Shown: positions 1 to 9,618, counted from the stretch's first letter. The stretch: DNA of 20,000 nucleotides from an uncultured virus (IMG/VR IMGVR_UViG_3300030330_002762) (IMGVR_UViG_3300030330_002762), one strand, 5' to 3'. Made by a program: numbers and translations. Notes: generated by a model from the sequence alone, not told the origin.

Positions 1-1
1 A

Positions 2-145
2 GCACAAAATACAGCGTCTATGTTTGCGGGATTTGGTGATGGTGAAGAAAGACCAGATGTTCAAGGTAGGCAGCAAATTTATAACACAACTACAGGTGAA
101 CCACTAGTAAGTTATGATCCTTATACTGGAAAAAAATTAACATAA
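2..145 (+). CDS. 3' end of an upstream gene (partial), probable virion/internal protein
   Basis: Open frame from the window edge: AQNTASMFAGFGDGEERPDVQGRQQIYNTTTGEPLVSYDPYTGKKLT*, TAA at 143-145, 9 nt before the next ATG. Confidence 0.7.
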   Translation, partial: AQNTASMFAGFGDGEERPDVQGRQQIYNTTTGEPLVSYDPYTGKKLT

Positions 146-154
146 AAAAAAAAT

Positions 155-1591
155 ATGGCAGACGAATTATTAGTAAGAGGTGCTGGTTTAGTAGCACGAT
201 CAGAAGGTGTTGGCAACCTAGCCGGCGCAAAGGCTTTGCAAAATGTTAGTGACTATTTAGCTGAAGGAACAGCTAAAGTTATTCAAAAAAGAAATAAAGA
301 GTTCAACAGAATACTGTCTGAACAAATGAATCAACCTGGTATATCAGAGGAGGAGTTGGATAATGTATATAAAAACTTAAACAAACAGAGATTTAGATAC
401 GTTTATTTAAACGATAGAAGGCTTAGAGGTAAAATGGAACAAGAAATTGTAAAGCAAGGTCAACAAAAAGTAGATACTGTTTTAAAAAAAGATGAAATTG
501 CTGACGCTACTAAAAAAGTTTTAATTAATACCTCTGGACCAGGTGAAGACGCGTTAGACGAGACTACAAAAGTAAACATAGAAAAAGCTATTACAAATGG
601 TCCAATAAAAGGACCTAATAATGAAGATGGCTATATAGTGGTGACCGGAGATATTAACACAGACAAAACAAAGTCAGACGCACCAAAGTCAGACGTGCCA
701 GAGTCAGACTCTGTAAAAACAAATGAAAAAGAAACAAAAGACACAAAAGCTCAAATTCCATACATGTATGAATTTAGTAGCGAAGTAGACACGGGTATAC
801 TGGGAAACTATATAGATAATTATTATAAAAAATATTTAGATCCAAACTCTATTTTTAATAATCTTGGTGATGGAGTAGGTGCTAATGAAGTAGACATGGA
901 AACTAGAGGTCCAGACGCTTATAAAGAAACTGGTATAATAGATCTTAACACTATTAAAAATGATATGAGTAATCTTCCTGAAGGGCTAGAGTTTGTAACT
1001 CATAGTGAGTTTATTGATATGATAAATTCTAATGGCATGGACGATGTTTCTATTGAAAAATACAGAGCTAATATAGATAAAAAAATTAATCAAGCTCAGA
1101 GCTTGCAACCAGGTCAAAACGTAGATTTTCAATGGCAAGTAGAATTTGACAAAAATAAAACGTTCGTGGTAGATGGTAACGCTGTTTCTATAGCTAGACA
1201 CGATATATTTGGTAATAGAAATTTTGAAAAAGATATGATTAAAGGTTTGCAAAATGGAACCTACAAAGATCTAGGTATAAACCTAACAGAAGAACAAGTT
1301 AAAGAGCTAGATACAAACGGTGGAAAAGTAACTGAAGATGATGCCAAAAGAATAACCAAAGAGCTAATAACAAAACCAGAGTATAGAGAATTATTTAATA
1401 ATTTATTATCTAGTTTTTTAACCAACATTTCAGAGCAAGTCTATATTGCTTCATTAGATCCAAGCATAAGAAATTCTGCTCCTGAAAAACCAATTTTTAT
1501 GACCGAAGAAGAAGGTCGTAAAAAACTTGAAGAAATTGAACAAGAAAAAGATTTACTAAAAACTTCATTATACCAAGGGGGAAAAATATAA
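155..1591 (+). CDS. Hypothetical acidic 478-aa protein, probable internal virion (ejected) protein
   Basis: Long ORF, Gly/Ala-rich N-terminus then charged helical sequence, no Cys; lies directly upstream of the giant protein. Function inferred from position only. Confidence 0.6.
   Translation: MADELLVRGAGLVARSEGVGNLAGAKALQNVSDYLAEGTAKVIQKRNKEFNRILSEQMNQPGISEEELDNVYKNLNKQRFRYVYLNDRRLRGKMEQEIVKQGQQKVDTVLKKDEIADATKKVLINTSGPGEDALDETTKVNIEKAITNGPIKGPNNEDGYIVVTGDINTDKTKSDAPKSDVPESDSVKTNEKETKDTKAQIPYMYEFSSEVDTGILGNYIDNYYKKYLDPNSIFNNLGDGVGANEVDMETRGPDAYKETGIIDLNTIKNDMSNLPEGLEFVTHSEFIDMINSNGMDDVSIEKYRANIDKKINQAQSLQPGQNVDFQWQVEFDKNKTFVVDGNAVSIARHDIFGNRNFEKDMIKGLQNGTYKDLGINLTEEQVKELDTNGGKVTEDDAKRITKELITKPEYRELFNNLLSSFLTNISEQVYIASLDPSIRNSAPEKPIFMTEEEGRKKLEEIEQEKDLLKTSLYQGGKI
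671..715 (+). repeat. In-frame 15-bp degenerate tandem repeat x3 (KSDAP-KSDVP-ESDSV)
   Basis: aagtcagacgcacca / aagtcagacgtgcca / gagtcagactctgta read directly. Confidence 0.85.
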
Positions 1592-1620
1592 AAAATAACA
1601 CGGGTAACTAACGATACAGT

Positions 1621-4600
1621 ATGGATAAAAAATATTTACTATCTGATGGTAGAACTAAAATAGTACCATTAGAATTCGAACAACAATTTCTAAATCAATT
1701 AGAAAAACAAAACTTAACGGCTGAACTAATAACTGACGAGCCGGGAAAGTCCCAAGGGACAAGCCTGTCCCAAAACAATCAACTAAAAGTAGACGAGGAT
1801 TTATCAATAGACCTGACAACAGGAGAAGTTATATCCAAGCAGCAACAAAAAGCTACGGCATCCAAATCGGACGATGGTTCTTTGGATTTCAAAGACAAAA
1901 TTAAAGTAAGTACATTTGAAGCTGGAGTAAAAGCGGGATTAGGTGGTACACTAGGTGCAACCTATGATTTATTTAAAAATATTAGTACGTTAGGTCTTAA
2001 TGATGAAGATAGAAATAAGTTTTATCAATTATACTCTAACAAAATAGACAACATAAAACCAAGAGCTAAAAGAGCATTTAAAGGTGCTTACGCTGCAATG
2101 TTAGAGCTATACAAAGATATAGATTTTACAGCTATAGCTACTGGAGCATCAAGATCTGAGGAGCAGAGAGAAGAAGAAATAAAAAAACTAGACGAAAAAA
2201 TTATTAAACAAATAAACGATATTGGAGAGCTAAAGTTTAAAGATGAAGGGCTTGGTATAGTTAAAGGTTTTAAAGAAGGTGAAGCTGCAGATGTTTTAGC
2301 GGCCGCTCTTTTTACTCCAGTTCAATTTATGGAAACAATGGTTCCAGCTGCCATGACAAGAGGCGCTTCATTAATACCACAAATAGGGGGTCCAATGTAT
2401 TATGATTTTAACGAACAAAAAGCAATTAGACTTTACGGTGAAGATGATCCTCAAGCTTTTGAAAAACTAGTTAAAAACAATGAAACAGAAATAGTTGTAC
2501 CCATGGTAGCTGCAGCTGGTTCGATAGCATTAGAAAGAATAGGTTTAAAAGCTGTTGATGACTATGTGAGATCTGTTCCTGGATTAGCAGGTTCTTTTAG
2601 TAGATTACTTACAGCTTCTAACAAAGAGGGTCTTACGGAAATAGGACAGTATGCTATAGAAACTGTAAACACAAGTCTTGGTCAAGGAGATGACTTAGTA
2701 GTAGCAACGGCTAAAGGTATCAACTCTATGTTTACAGATGAAGGCATAGAAAGTTTTTTACAAGGTTTTATAGGTGGCGGAACTATAGCTACTGGTCGCA
2801 AAGCTATAAATAGAGCTTTACGAAGTGATAAAAATTCTGCTGTAGAAATAAATAAATATATAGATAATTTAAGCGAGTTAAACATACAAAAAAGTATAAC
2901 GCAAGATCAAGACGTTAAAGATGCTTTAGATTTGCAAATAAAGCAAACTCAAAAAGATTTTAAACAGTTTATAATAAACACGAGGAGCGTTTCAGAATAT
3001 CTAGATGATAAACAAAAATCTTCTTTAATTGAAATAATTAATGAAAAAGATGATATACAAAATAAAATAAACTCTTTAAATAATAAAATTAAAAACAAAA
3101 AAATAACTGAAGAAAGTTATAAGCTATCTATCAATGCTTTAAACGAAAGAAACGTACTATTAGACGACGGTATTGCTAAGATTAAAAAACAAGCTCTTAA
3201 AACAGCGGCTAGCAAGCAGGCTAAACAAGTGGAAACTAAAATAAAAGAGTTTGAGTTGGAGGGTAAGGTTATACAAGCTACATCTACCGAAATAGAAAAC
3301 ATGGATCTTAAAGATGGTGAGGGCAATGATATATCTAAAAAAGCCGCTGGTGATTTTGGTTTTATAAGGCAGTTTGGTGATGGTAGTTTTGAAATAATAT
3401 TAAACACAGATAAACCAACTCTTGGTACCGCTGCTCACGAGTTTTTACATGCGGTCTTGTTTAAAACACTAGCTGGTAGCGATCAAACACAAAACAATTT
3501 AGCATCTGCACTTTTAGATTACACTTCTACGTTGAAAAGCGAGGGTGATCAAAACTTTGTTAACAGAATAAATGCTTATAAAGACAGCAAAGCCCTTGGA
3601 GAAGAGGTTGTAACTGTTATGTCTGAGTCTATAATGGACGGTAGTTTAAAATATAACGACGGATTTTTTACAAAAGTTGGTGATATACTTAGAAGATTTT
3701 TCGCGCAAAGAGGTAAAATTGATTATAAGTTTAATACCGGTAGAGATGTATATAACTTTATAAAAGATTATAACAATAGTATTAAAACTGGTAAAGTAAA
3801 TAAAGCTATAATAAAAGTAGCTAAAGAAGGAGCAAAAGGAAAACTAGTTGAAGACGCTAAGAGCAAGCCAACTGTAGACATTAAGCAAGATGTGGTTTTA
3901 AAAGAATCTAGAGACGCTAAGCCAGATGTAGATAAGTTAGCTGTTGATCCAAAAACTAATAAAAACTACACGCAACAAGAGTGGGATAAATCTGGTGCCA
4001 AGCGAGCTATTGATACGTTAACAGAAGAAAATTTAATAGATGGTTTAATAGCTGCTAAATATAAAGTAAGACCAGTACCACAATCTTTTGTTGCCGACGT
4101 TCTTGGTTCTAAAGAATTTATTAATATGATTAATCGCTTTAATAAAGGTAAGCGTGGTAAGTCGGACGAAAACAAAAGTTTATTTGGTTATATACAGGGT
4201 CAATTAAGATTTAGAGCTGACGATATATTTAAAGAAGCTAGGGTAGGTCAAGTACCTAGAGGTACTGGCACTGTTGAGGCGGACGCTAGAACAACTGAGG
4301 GTCAACCAAAAGTACAGCTAGAAGATACTGGTGATACAACTATACAACGTATAGATGAGCAGGAAATAAATTTAAGAGACGATAAAGTTAAAGATTTAAA
4401 ACCAGAAATTAGAGAAAGAAAGTCTACATTTAGAAAAGAAATAGGTATAAAAGGTATTGGCAAAGGTGTAGTATTTAGAGCTGTAAAAACAGCTATTAAT
4501 ACAGCTGAAACTATAACAAAAGCCAAAGAGTTTATAAAGTCATATGAAGAAAATCTATCAAATGCTTTATATAGCATGATGGAAAAGAAACTTCCAGATA

Positions 4601-7600
4601 CCAACTCTATGGTTAAGTACCGTATGGCTATATTAGAGTCTATACCTTTAAGCACACTAAAAAAAATGCAAAAAGAATTACCAGCTAAAGATAACAGTGG
4701 TAATGACTTTGGTAATATATTTGTTAAAAATCACGGTAGACAAAGTAGTCAAGAGGTGTTAACAGACTTTATGTATGGTTTAAATAAAACAGGTAAAAAC
4801 CCTAGAAAAAGAAAACTTTTACCAGACTTAAAAGTTTTATGGGAAAGTGGAGCTAAAGGATTAAAACCCGCTGATGCTAAGAAAAATCCAGACGGCGCGG
4901 AATACTATAGAAAAAAAGCAGCTGGTATTACTATATGGGAAAGGCTACCTGTTAGTTCAACTACTTGGAAGTCTTACGTTGAAGGAGACTTTGTTGGCAA
5001 AAGACAAGAAGCTACAGGCTCAGGAACAAAAGGTAATAATAGAATAAAGATACTAAAAGAGTCTTCTAAAGCTATAGGTAGAGATGCTACACCTGAAAAC
5101 TTAACTACAGAGTTTATACAAGACTACATTGGTAGAAAAAATTTAGAAGGCAAGATAACAGTTGAGCAAGTTAAAAAAGAAATACTTAAGTCTATTGATA
5201 GACCTGCTGATTTAAAGTTTAGTGTTGATCCTAAAGTTCAGGCTGAAAATTTTAAAACAGCCGCAAACAAAACACCAAACAATATTGTTGGTGATAGAGG
5301 TGTAACAAACTTAGATGTAGTTAATAAAATACAAGAATATAAAAGCGCTAAAAGTGGTAAGATAAAATCTAGAACAATAGTTGATTTTATTAAAAGCTCT
5401 AAATTATCACAAGATATTAAAAAGCATATGGGAGGATTTTTATCTACTCACCCGAAATACATACCTTATTTTCAAGACTCAATGACAGGTGGTTATGATA
5501 ACGGCTTGTTTGGTATTAAAGATGTTTTTTATAAAGTAGTAGGTATTAAAGACGCTGATGTAAAAAGAGATTTGCGTAGAGAAAAATATAGCAAAACAGG
5601 CGGTTTACTTGATGTTAATAAAATGAATAAGTTTAAGAACAATCAAGGTAAACATGTAGCATCTAACAAAGCTAGAATAGATTTTTTAGAAGGACTAATT
5701 AAAGATATGTATACATATATTAAAGCTAATCCAGATTCTAAACCAGCAATGGTTATGTTTTTTAAAGATGGTTCTAAGCACCAAAACCACGTGTTAAGAT
5801 ACTTAGCACCTATTGTTGGGGCACCTGTAAACACTAAAGGAAAGTTTTTAGAAGTTAAAATAAAAGAAGAGCACGGTTATCCTCAAAACCAAGTAAACAC
5901 TATAATATTAGATTTGTTATTAAATGATAATACTAGTATTAAAAGCGTTGATGACGCTATAAAAGTTTTTAAATCTTCATACTCACAATGGGCTTTAATT
6001 GAGTCTCATGACAACCAAATAGACGACGCAAAGCTAACGTCTTCTATGCCTGAGTATTTTTACAATGATATAGTACCTAGAATATTAAATGGCGATTTAG
6101 ACAACTTGCCACAAGGTATAGTAGGTCCTATTATTAGATATATTGAGTCTGGTGTTCCAGTGGGTAGTTATTATCTTTTTGAAGTAAACCAAACTGTAGC
6201 AGAATACTTTGGTGTAAACGTTAAAAACGCGAGCCAAATAGACATGGAACACTTAGCTCCTATACAAAACGAATTAATTAAACAAGTTTTGCTAGGTAAC
6301 ATAGATATTAAAACTGTTAAGCAAAAAATGAAAAATGTTGCTGCTGTTGGTCACAAGAATACTGTAGCTGAAAACAAAACAGCTAATAATATAATTGATG
6401 CGTTTAATAAACAAGCTGAGATAATCAAGAAACAAAACAGAGAAATACAGGCTGATTTAGAAAAACGTGGTTATAAGTTTAGTAAAGATGGAGTTGTTGA
6501 AGGACAAACCCCATCTCAAATGATTAAAATTATACAAGCTGATTTAGAATCAAGAGGTTATACCTTTGTTGACATGGACAAAAGAGGTATGTCAACTTTT
6601 GACTTTGATGAAACATTAATTATAGATGGTGAAAATTTTGTTGTAGCTACAGATCCTAAAACTGGCGAAACAATAAATATAAAGTCTGGTGATTGGCCTA
6701 TAAAAGGACCAGAGCTTGATGCGGCTGGCTACAAGTTTAACTTTGATGATTTTGTAAACGTAAGAGGTGGTGTTGATGGACCACTACTTCAAAAAATGAA
6801 AAATCAAATTAAAAAGTATGGACCAGAAAATGTTTTTGTATTAACAGCTAGACCTCAGACGGCAGACTCTGCTATACATGGTTGGTTAAAATCTAAAGGT
6901 ATAGATATACCTATTAAAAATATAACAGGATTAGCTAATAGTACTGGTGAGGCAAAAGCCAACTGGATGTTAGAAAAGTTTACAGAAGGCTATAATGATA
7001 TGTATTTTGTAGATGATGCACTACCAAACGTTAACGCTGTTAAAAAAGTCTTAGAACAATTAGATGTTAAATCTAAAGTAGTTCAAGCTAAAATAAAATT
7101 TAGCGCAACAGCTAGCCATGAGTTTAACAATATAATAGAGCAAGTTAAAGGCGTTCATAAAGATAGAATATACTCTGCTGCAGAAGCTTTAAAGCTTGGT
7201 ATAAATAAAGGTAGATACGATCTACTTATACCTCCATCAGCTAATGATTTTAAAGGTTTAATGTATTATTTTATGGGTAGAGGTAAACAAGGTGAAGCTC
7301 ATAAAGCTTGGTTTGAAAAACATTTATTTAAACCTTTTGCTAAAGGTATAAGAGCTTGGAATACATACAAGCAAAACTTACAAAACGAATATGAAACACT
7401 AAAAAGAAAACACCCTAATGTAATTAAAAAATTAAATAATAAAGTTTCTGGCACAGCGTACACAAATGATTCTGCTATTAGAGTTTATTTGTGGGAAGAG
7501 GCTGGTTTTCAAATACCTGGTTTAAGTTTAATAGAACAAAAAAAATTATCTAATCACGTTAGAAACAATCCAGACTTAAGAAATTTTGCTGAAACCTTAC

Positions 7601-9408
7601 GTGTTATATCTAAAGTAAAAGATGGTTATGCAGAGCCTGGTCAAAACTGGGTTGTTCAAACTATAGCTTCTGATCTTAATAATATAGTAGAAAGAATAGG
7701 TAGAAAACAGTTTTTAGCAGAGTATTTGGCTAACGCTGAAATTATATTTAGTCAAAGTAATTTAAACAAAATAGAAGCTATATACGGAACTAGATATAGA
7801 GAAGCACTAGAAGACATACTGCATCGTATGGAAACTGGTAGCAATAGAATACAAGGTTCTAGTAGAATAGTAAACGGTTTTACAGAGTGGATAAATGCTT
7901 CTGTTGGTGCTATCATGTTTGTTAACATGAGGTCCGCGTTGCTTCAGACTATATCTATGGTTAACTTTGTTAATTGGTCTGATAATAATGTTTTTAAAGC
8001 TGGTGCGGCTTTTGCTAATCAACCTCAGTTTTGGAAAGACTTTGCAATGATATACAACTCAGATCAATTAAAACAAAGAAGAAAAGGTATAAGAATAGAT
8101 GTGTCTGCCTCTGAGTTAACTAAAACATTTGCAGAGGGTGGCACTACAATGCTTGACAAAACTCAAGCTTTACTTAGGTATTTATTAGAGAAAGGTTTTA
8201 CACCAACGCAACTAGCGGATAGTTTTGCTATAGCGATGGGTGGTGCTCCGTTTTATAGAAATAGATTTAATACATATAAAAAACAAGGGTTGTCAGACGC
8301 TAAAGCTAAAGAAAAAGCAATGCTTGATTTTCAAGAAATAGCAGAAGAAACTCAGCAGTCATCAAGAGAAGATTTAATATCACAGCAACAAGCTAGTCCA
8401 TTAGGTAGGTTTATACTAGCTTTTCAAAACGTTACAATGCAAATGACTCGTTTAACGGTTAAAGCTGTTTCTGATTTAGTTAATGGAAGAGGTGATTGGA
8501 AAACAAACGTATCTAAAATAATATATTACGGCGCCGTGCAAAATATAATATTTGGTTCATTACAGAGTGCATTAGCTTTTATTATGTGGGGTGATGATGA
8601 AGAAGAAGATGTTATTAAAGATAAAACAGCTAGAGTTGCTAACGGTGTTTTAGATTCGTTTTTAAGAGGTACAGGTATATATGGTGCTATGGTTTCTACT
8701 TTAAAAAATGTTGCACTACAAACTCAAGCTCAATACAAGGCTAAATATGGTAAATCTGATTTTAGTAAAGTAGCTATAGACGCTATTAATTTATCACCAC
8801 CAGTAGGTAGTAAAGTTAGAAAAATAGTATCATCTGCTAAAACACTAGCTTACAATAAAGGCATATCTAAGGAAATAGGTTTTCGTATAGAAAATCCAGT
8901 TTTAGTAGCAGCTGCTACAGCTATAGAGGCCGTTACAAATATACCTTTAGGTAGATTAGTTAATAAAGCTAATAACGTGGAAGAAGCTGTTACCGGTAAC
9001 CATAAGCTTTGGCAAAGAGTGGCATTACTTTTAGGTTGGGATAAGTGGACTTTAGGTATTAAAGATGAAGAGCTAGAACAAGCAAAGCAAGATGCTAAAG
9101 AAACTAGAAATAATAGAAGAAAAAAAGAAAAACAAGTTCAACAGAAAAAAGAAGAACAAGAGAAAAAAAGAAAAGGAATAAAAACCGTTAGGTGTTCTGG
9201 TGTAAACTCAGCTGGTAAAAGATGTGGATTAACCACAGAGACTGCAGATAAAACATGGAAGTGTTTTCATCACGCTACATTTAAAGACGGTATGGATAGA
9301 GATGGTGATGGTATAAAAGAATATAGATGTACCGCTAAAAAAGCAGACGGTAGTAGATGTAAAAATAAAACAGAGAATAAAAACAAGAGATGTTATGCTC
9401 ACCAATAA
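1621..9408 (+). CDS. Giant 2595-aa polyvalent protein, probable virion-carried/ejected protein
   Basis: Uninterrupted ORF. AAHEFLHAV zincin motif (3436-3450) with downstream EE (3601); HAD motifs FDFDET (6601), LTAR (6844), K (6955), FVDD (7012); helical C-terminal region; two C-x8-C...C-x2-H knuckles at the C-terminus. Confidence 0.75.
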   Translation: MDKKYLLSDGRTKIVPLEFEQQFLNQLEKQNLTAELITDEPGKSQGTSLSQNNQLKVDEDLSIDLTTGEVISKQQQKATASKSDDGSLDFKDKIKVSTFEAGVKAGLGGTLGATYDLFKNISTLGLNDEDRNKFYQLYSNKIDNIKPRAKRAFKGAYAAMLELYKDIDFTAIATGASRSEEQREEEIKKLDEKIIKQINDIGELKFKDEGLGIVKGFKEGEAADVLAAALFTPVQFMETMVPAAMTRGASLIPQIGGPMYYDFNEQKAIRLYGEDDPQAFEKLVKNNETEIVVPMVAAAGSIALERIGLKAVDDYVRSVPGLAGSFSRLLTASNKEGLTEIGQYAIETVNTSLGQGDDLVVATAKGINSMFTDEGIESFLQGFIGGGTIATGRKAINRALRSDKNSAVEINKYIDNLSELNIQKSITQDQDVKDALDLQIKQTQKDFKQFIINTRSVSEYLDDKQKSSLIEIINEKDDIQNKINSLNNKIKNKKITEESYKLSINALNERNVLLDDGIAKIKKQALKTAASKQAKQVETKIKEFELEGKVIQATSTEIENMDLKDGEGNDISKKAAGDFGFIRQFGDGSFEIILNTDKPTLGTAAHEFLHAVLFKTLAGSDQTQNNLASALLDYTSTLKSEGDQNFVNRINAYKDSKALGEEVVTVMSESIMDGSLKYNDGFFTKVGDILRRFFAQRGKIDYKFNTGRDVYNFIKDYNNSIKTGKVNKAIIKVAKEGAKGKLVEDAKSKPTVDIKQDVVLKESRDAKPDVDKLAVDPKTNKNYTQQEWDKSGAKRAIDTLTEENLIDGLIAAKYKVRPVPQSFVADVLGSKEFINMINRFNKGKRGKSDENKSLFGYIQGQLRFRADDIFKEARVGQVPRGTGTVEADARTTEGQPKVQLEDTGDTTIQRIDEQEINLRDDKVKDLKPEIRERKSTFRKEIGIKGIGKGVVFRAVKTAINTAETITKAKEFIKSYEENLSNALYSMMEKKLPDTNSMVKYRMAILESIPLSTLKKMQKELPAKDNSGNDFGNIFVKNHGRQSSQEVLTDFMYGLNKTGKNPRKRKLLPDLKVLWESGAKGLKPADAKKNPDGAEYYRKKAAGITIWERLPVSSTTWKSYVEGDFVGKRQEATGSGTKGNNRIKILKESSKAIGRDATPENLTTEFIQDYIGRKNLEGKITVEQVKKEILKSIDRPADLKFSVDPKVQAENFKTAANKTPNNIVGDRGVTNLDVVNKIQEYKSAKSGKIKSRTIVDFIKSSKLSQDIKKHMGGFLSTHPKYIPYFQDSMTGGYDNGLFGIKDVFYKVVGIKDADVKRDLRREKYSKTGGLLDVNKMNKFKNNQGKHVASNKARIDFLEGLIKDMYTYIKANPDSKPAMVMFFKDGSKHQNHVLRYLAPIVGAPVNTKGKFLEVKIKEEHGYPQNQVNTIILDLLLNDNTSIKSVDDAIKVFKSSYSQWALIESHDNQIDDAKLTSSMPEYFYNDIVPRILNGDLDNLPQGIVGPIIRYIESGVPVGSYYLFEVNQTVAEYFGVNVKNASQIDMEHLAPIQNELIKQVLLGNIDIKTVKQKMKNVAAVGHKNTVAENKTANNIIDAFNKQAEIIKKQNREIQADLEKRGYKFSKDGVVEGQTPSQMIKIIQADLESRGYTFVDMDKRGMSTFDFDETLIIDGENFVVATDPKTGETINIKSGDWPIKGPELDAAGYKFNFDDFVNVRGGVDGPLLQKMKNQIKKYGPENVFVLTARPQTADSAIHGWLKSKGIDIPIKNITGLANSTGEAKANWMLEKFTEGYNDMYFVDDALPNVNAVKKVLEQLDVKSKVVQAKIKFSATASHEFNNIIEQVKGVHKDRIYSAAEALKLGINKGRYDLLIPPSANDFKGLMYYFMGRGKQGEAHKAWFEKHLFKPFAKGIRAWNTYKQNLQNEYETLKRKHPNVIKKLNNKVSGTAYTNDSAIRVYLWEEAGFQIPGLSLIEQKKLSNHVRNNPDLRNFAETLRVISKVKDGYAEPGQNWVVQTIASDLNNIVERIGRKQFLAEYLANAEIIFSQSNLNKIEAIYGTRYREALEDILHRMETGSNRIQGSSRIVNGFTEWINASVGAIMFVNMRSALLQTISMVNFVNWSDNNVFKAGAAFANQPQFWKDFAMIYNSDQLKQRRKGIRIDVSASELTKTFAEGGTTMLDKTQALLRYLLEKGFTPTQLADSFAIAMGGAPFYRNRFNTYKKQGLSDAKAKEKAMLDFQEIAEETQQSSREDLISQQQASPLGRFILAFQNVTMQMTRLTVKAVSDLVNGRGDWKTNVSKIIYYGAVQNIIFGSLQSALAFIMWGDDEEEDVIKDKTARVANGVLDSFLRGTGIYGAMVSTLKNVALQTQAQYKAKYGKSDFSKVAIDAINLSPPVGSKVRKIVSSAKTLAYNKGISKEIGFRIENPVLVAAATAIEAVTNIPLGRLVNKANNVEEAVTGNHKLWQRVALLLGWDKWTLGIKDEELEQAKQDAKETRNNRRKKEKQVQQKKEEQEKKRKGIKTVRCSGVNSAGKRCGLTTETADKTWKCFHHATFKDGMDRDGDGIKEYRCTAKKADGSRCKNKTENKNKRCYAHQ
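6445..6567 (+). repeat. Internal 12-aa duplication in the giant protein (IQADLEKRGYKF / IQADLESRGYTF)
   Basis: Two copies at 6445-6480 and 6532-6567, immediately before the HAD domain. Confidence 0.85.
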
Positions 9409-9438
9409 ATGTGTAATAATAATATAAAGAAGTAAATT

Positions 9439-9618
9439 ATGATAAATTGGATAAACTCCTGGAAAGCAGGTAATAAAAAAGATAGATACGAACTAGCATT
9501 AAGAATAAGTACATTGACAGTGTTTGAATTAATGTTTTGCCCTTGTTGGGTTTGTAAAAATAAAGGTAAGTGCGTAAGGTTTAGATTTATGATTTTAAAC
9601 TTTGGATTTGAAATGTAA
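9439..9618 (+). CDS. Small 59-aa Cys-containing protein (not in ORF track)
   Basis: MINWINSWKAGNKKDRYELALRISTLTVFELMFCPCWVCKNKGKCVRFRFMILNFGFEM*; fills the gap, A at -3, TAA overlaps the next ATG (TAATG at 9616-9620). Confidence 0.75.
   Translation: MINWINSWKAGNKKDRYELALRISTLTVFELMFCPCWVCKNKGKCVRFRFMILNFGFEM

Noticed and set aside
144..153. A10 run as a phase-variation tract
   Set aside because: Intergenic and just upstream of a start codon; consistent with A-rich Bacteroidota translation initiation regions.
9286..9312. DRDGD as the DxDxD catalytic loop of a crAss-like virion RNA polymerase
   Set aside because: It lies ~35 aa from the C-terminus between two Zn knuckles, with no room for a double-psi barrel; the other candidate (DFDE at 6601) is a HAD motif I.
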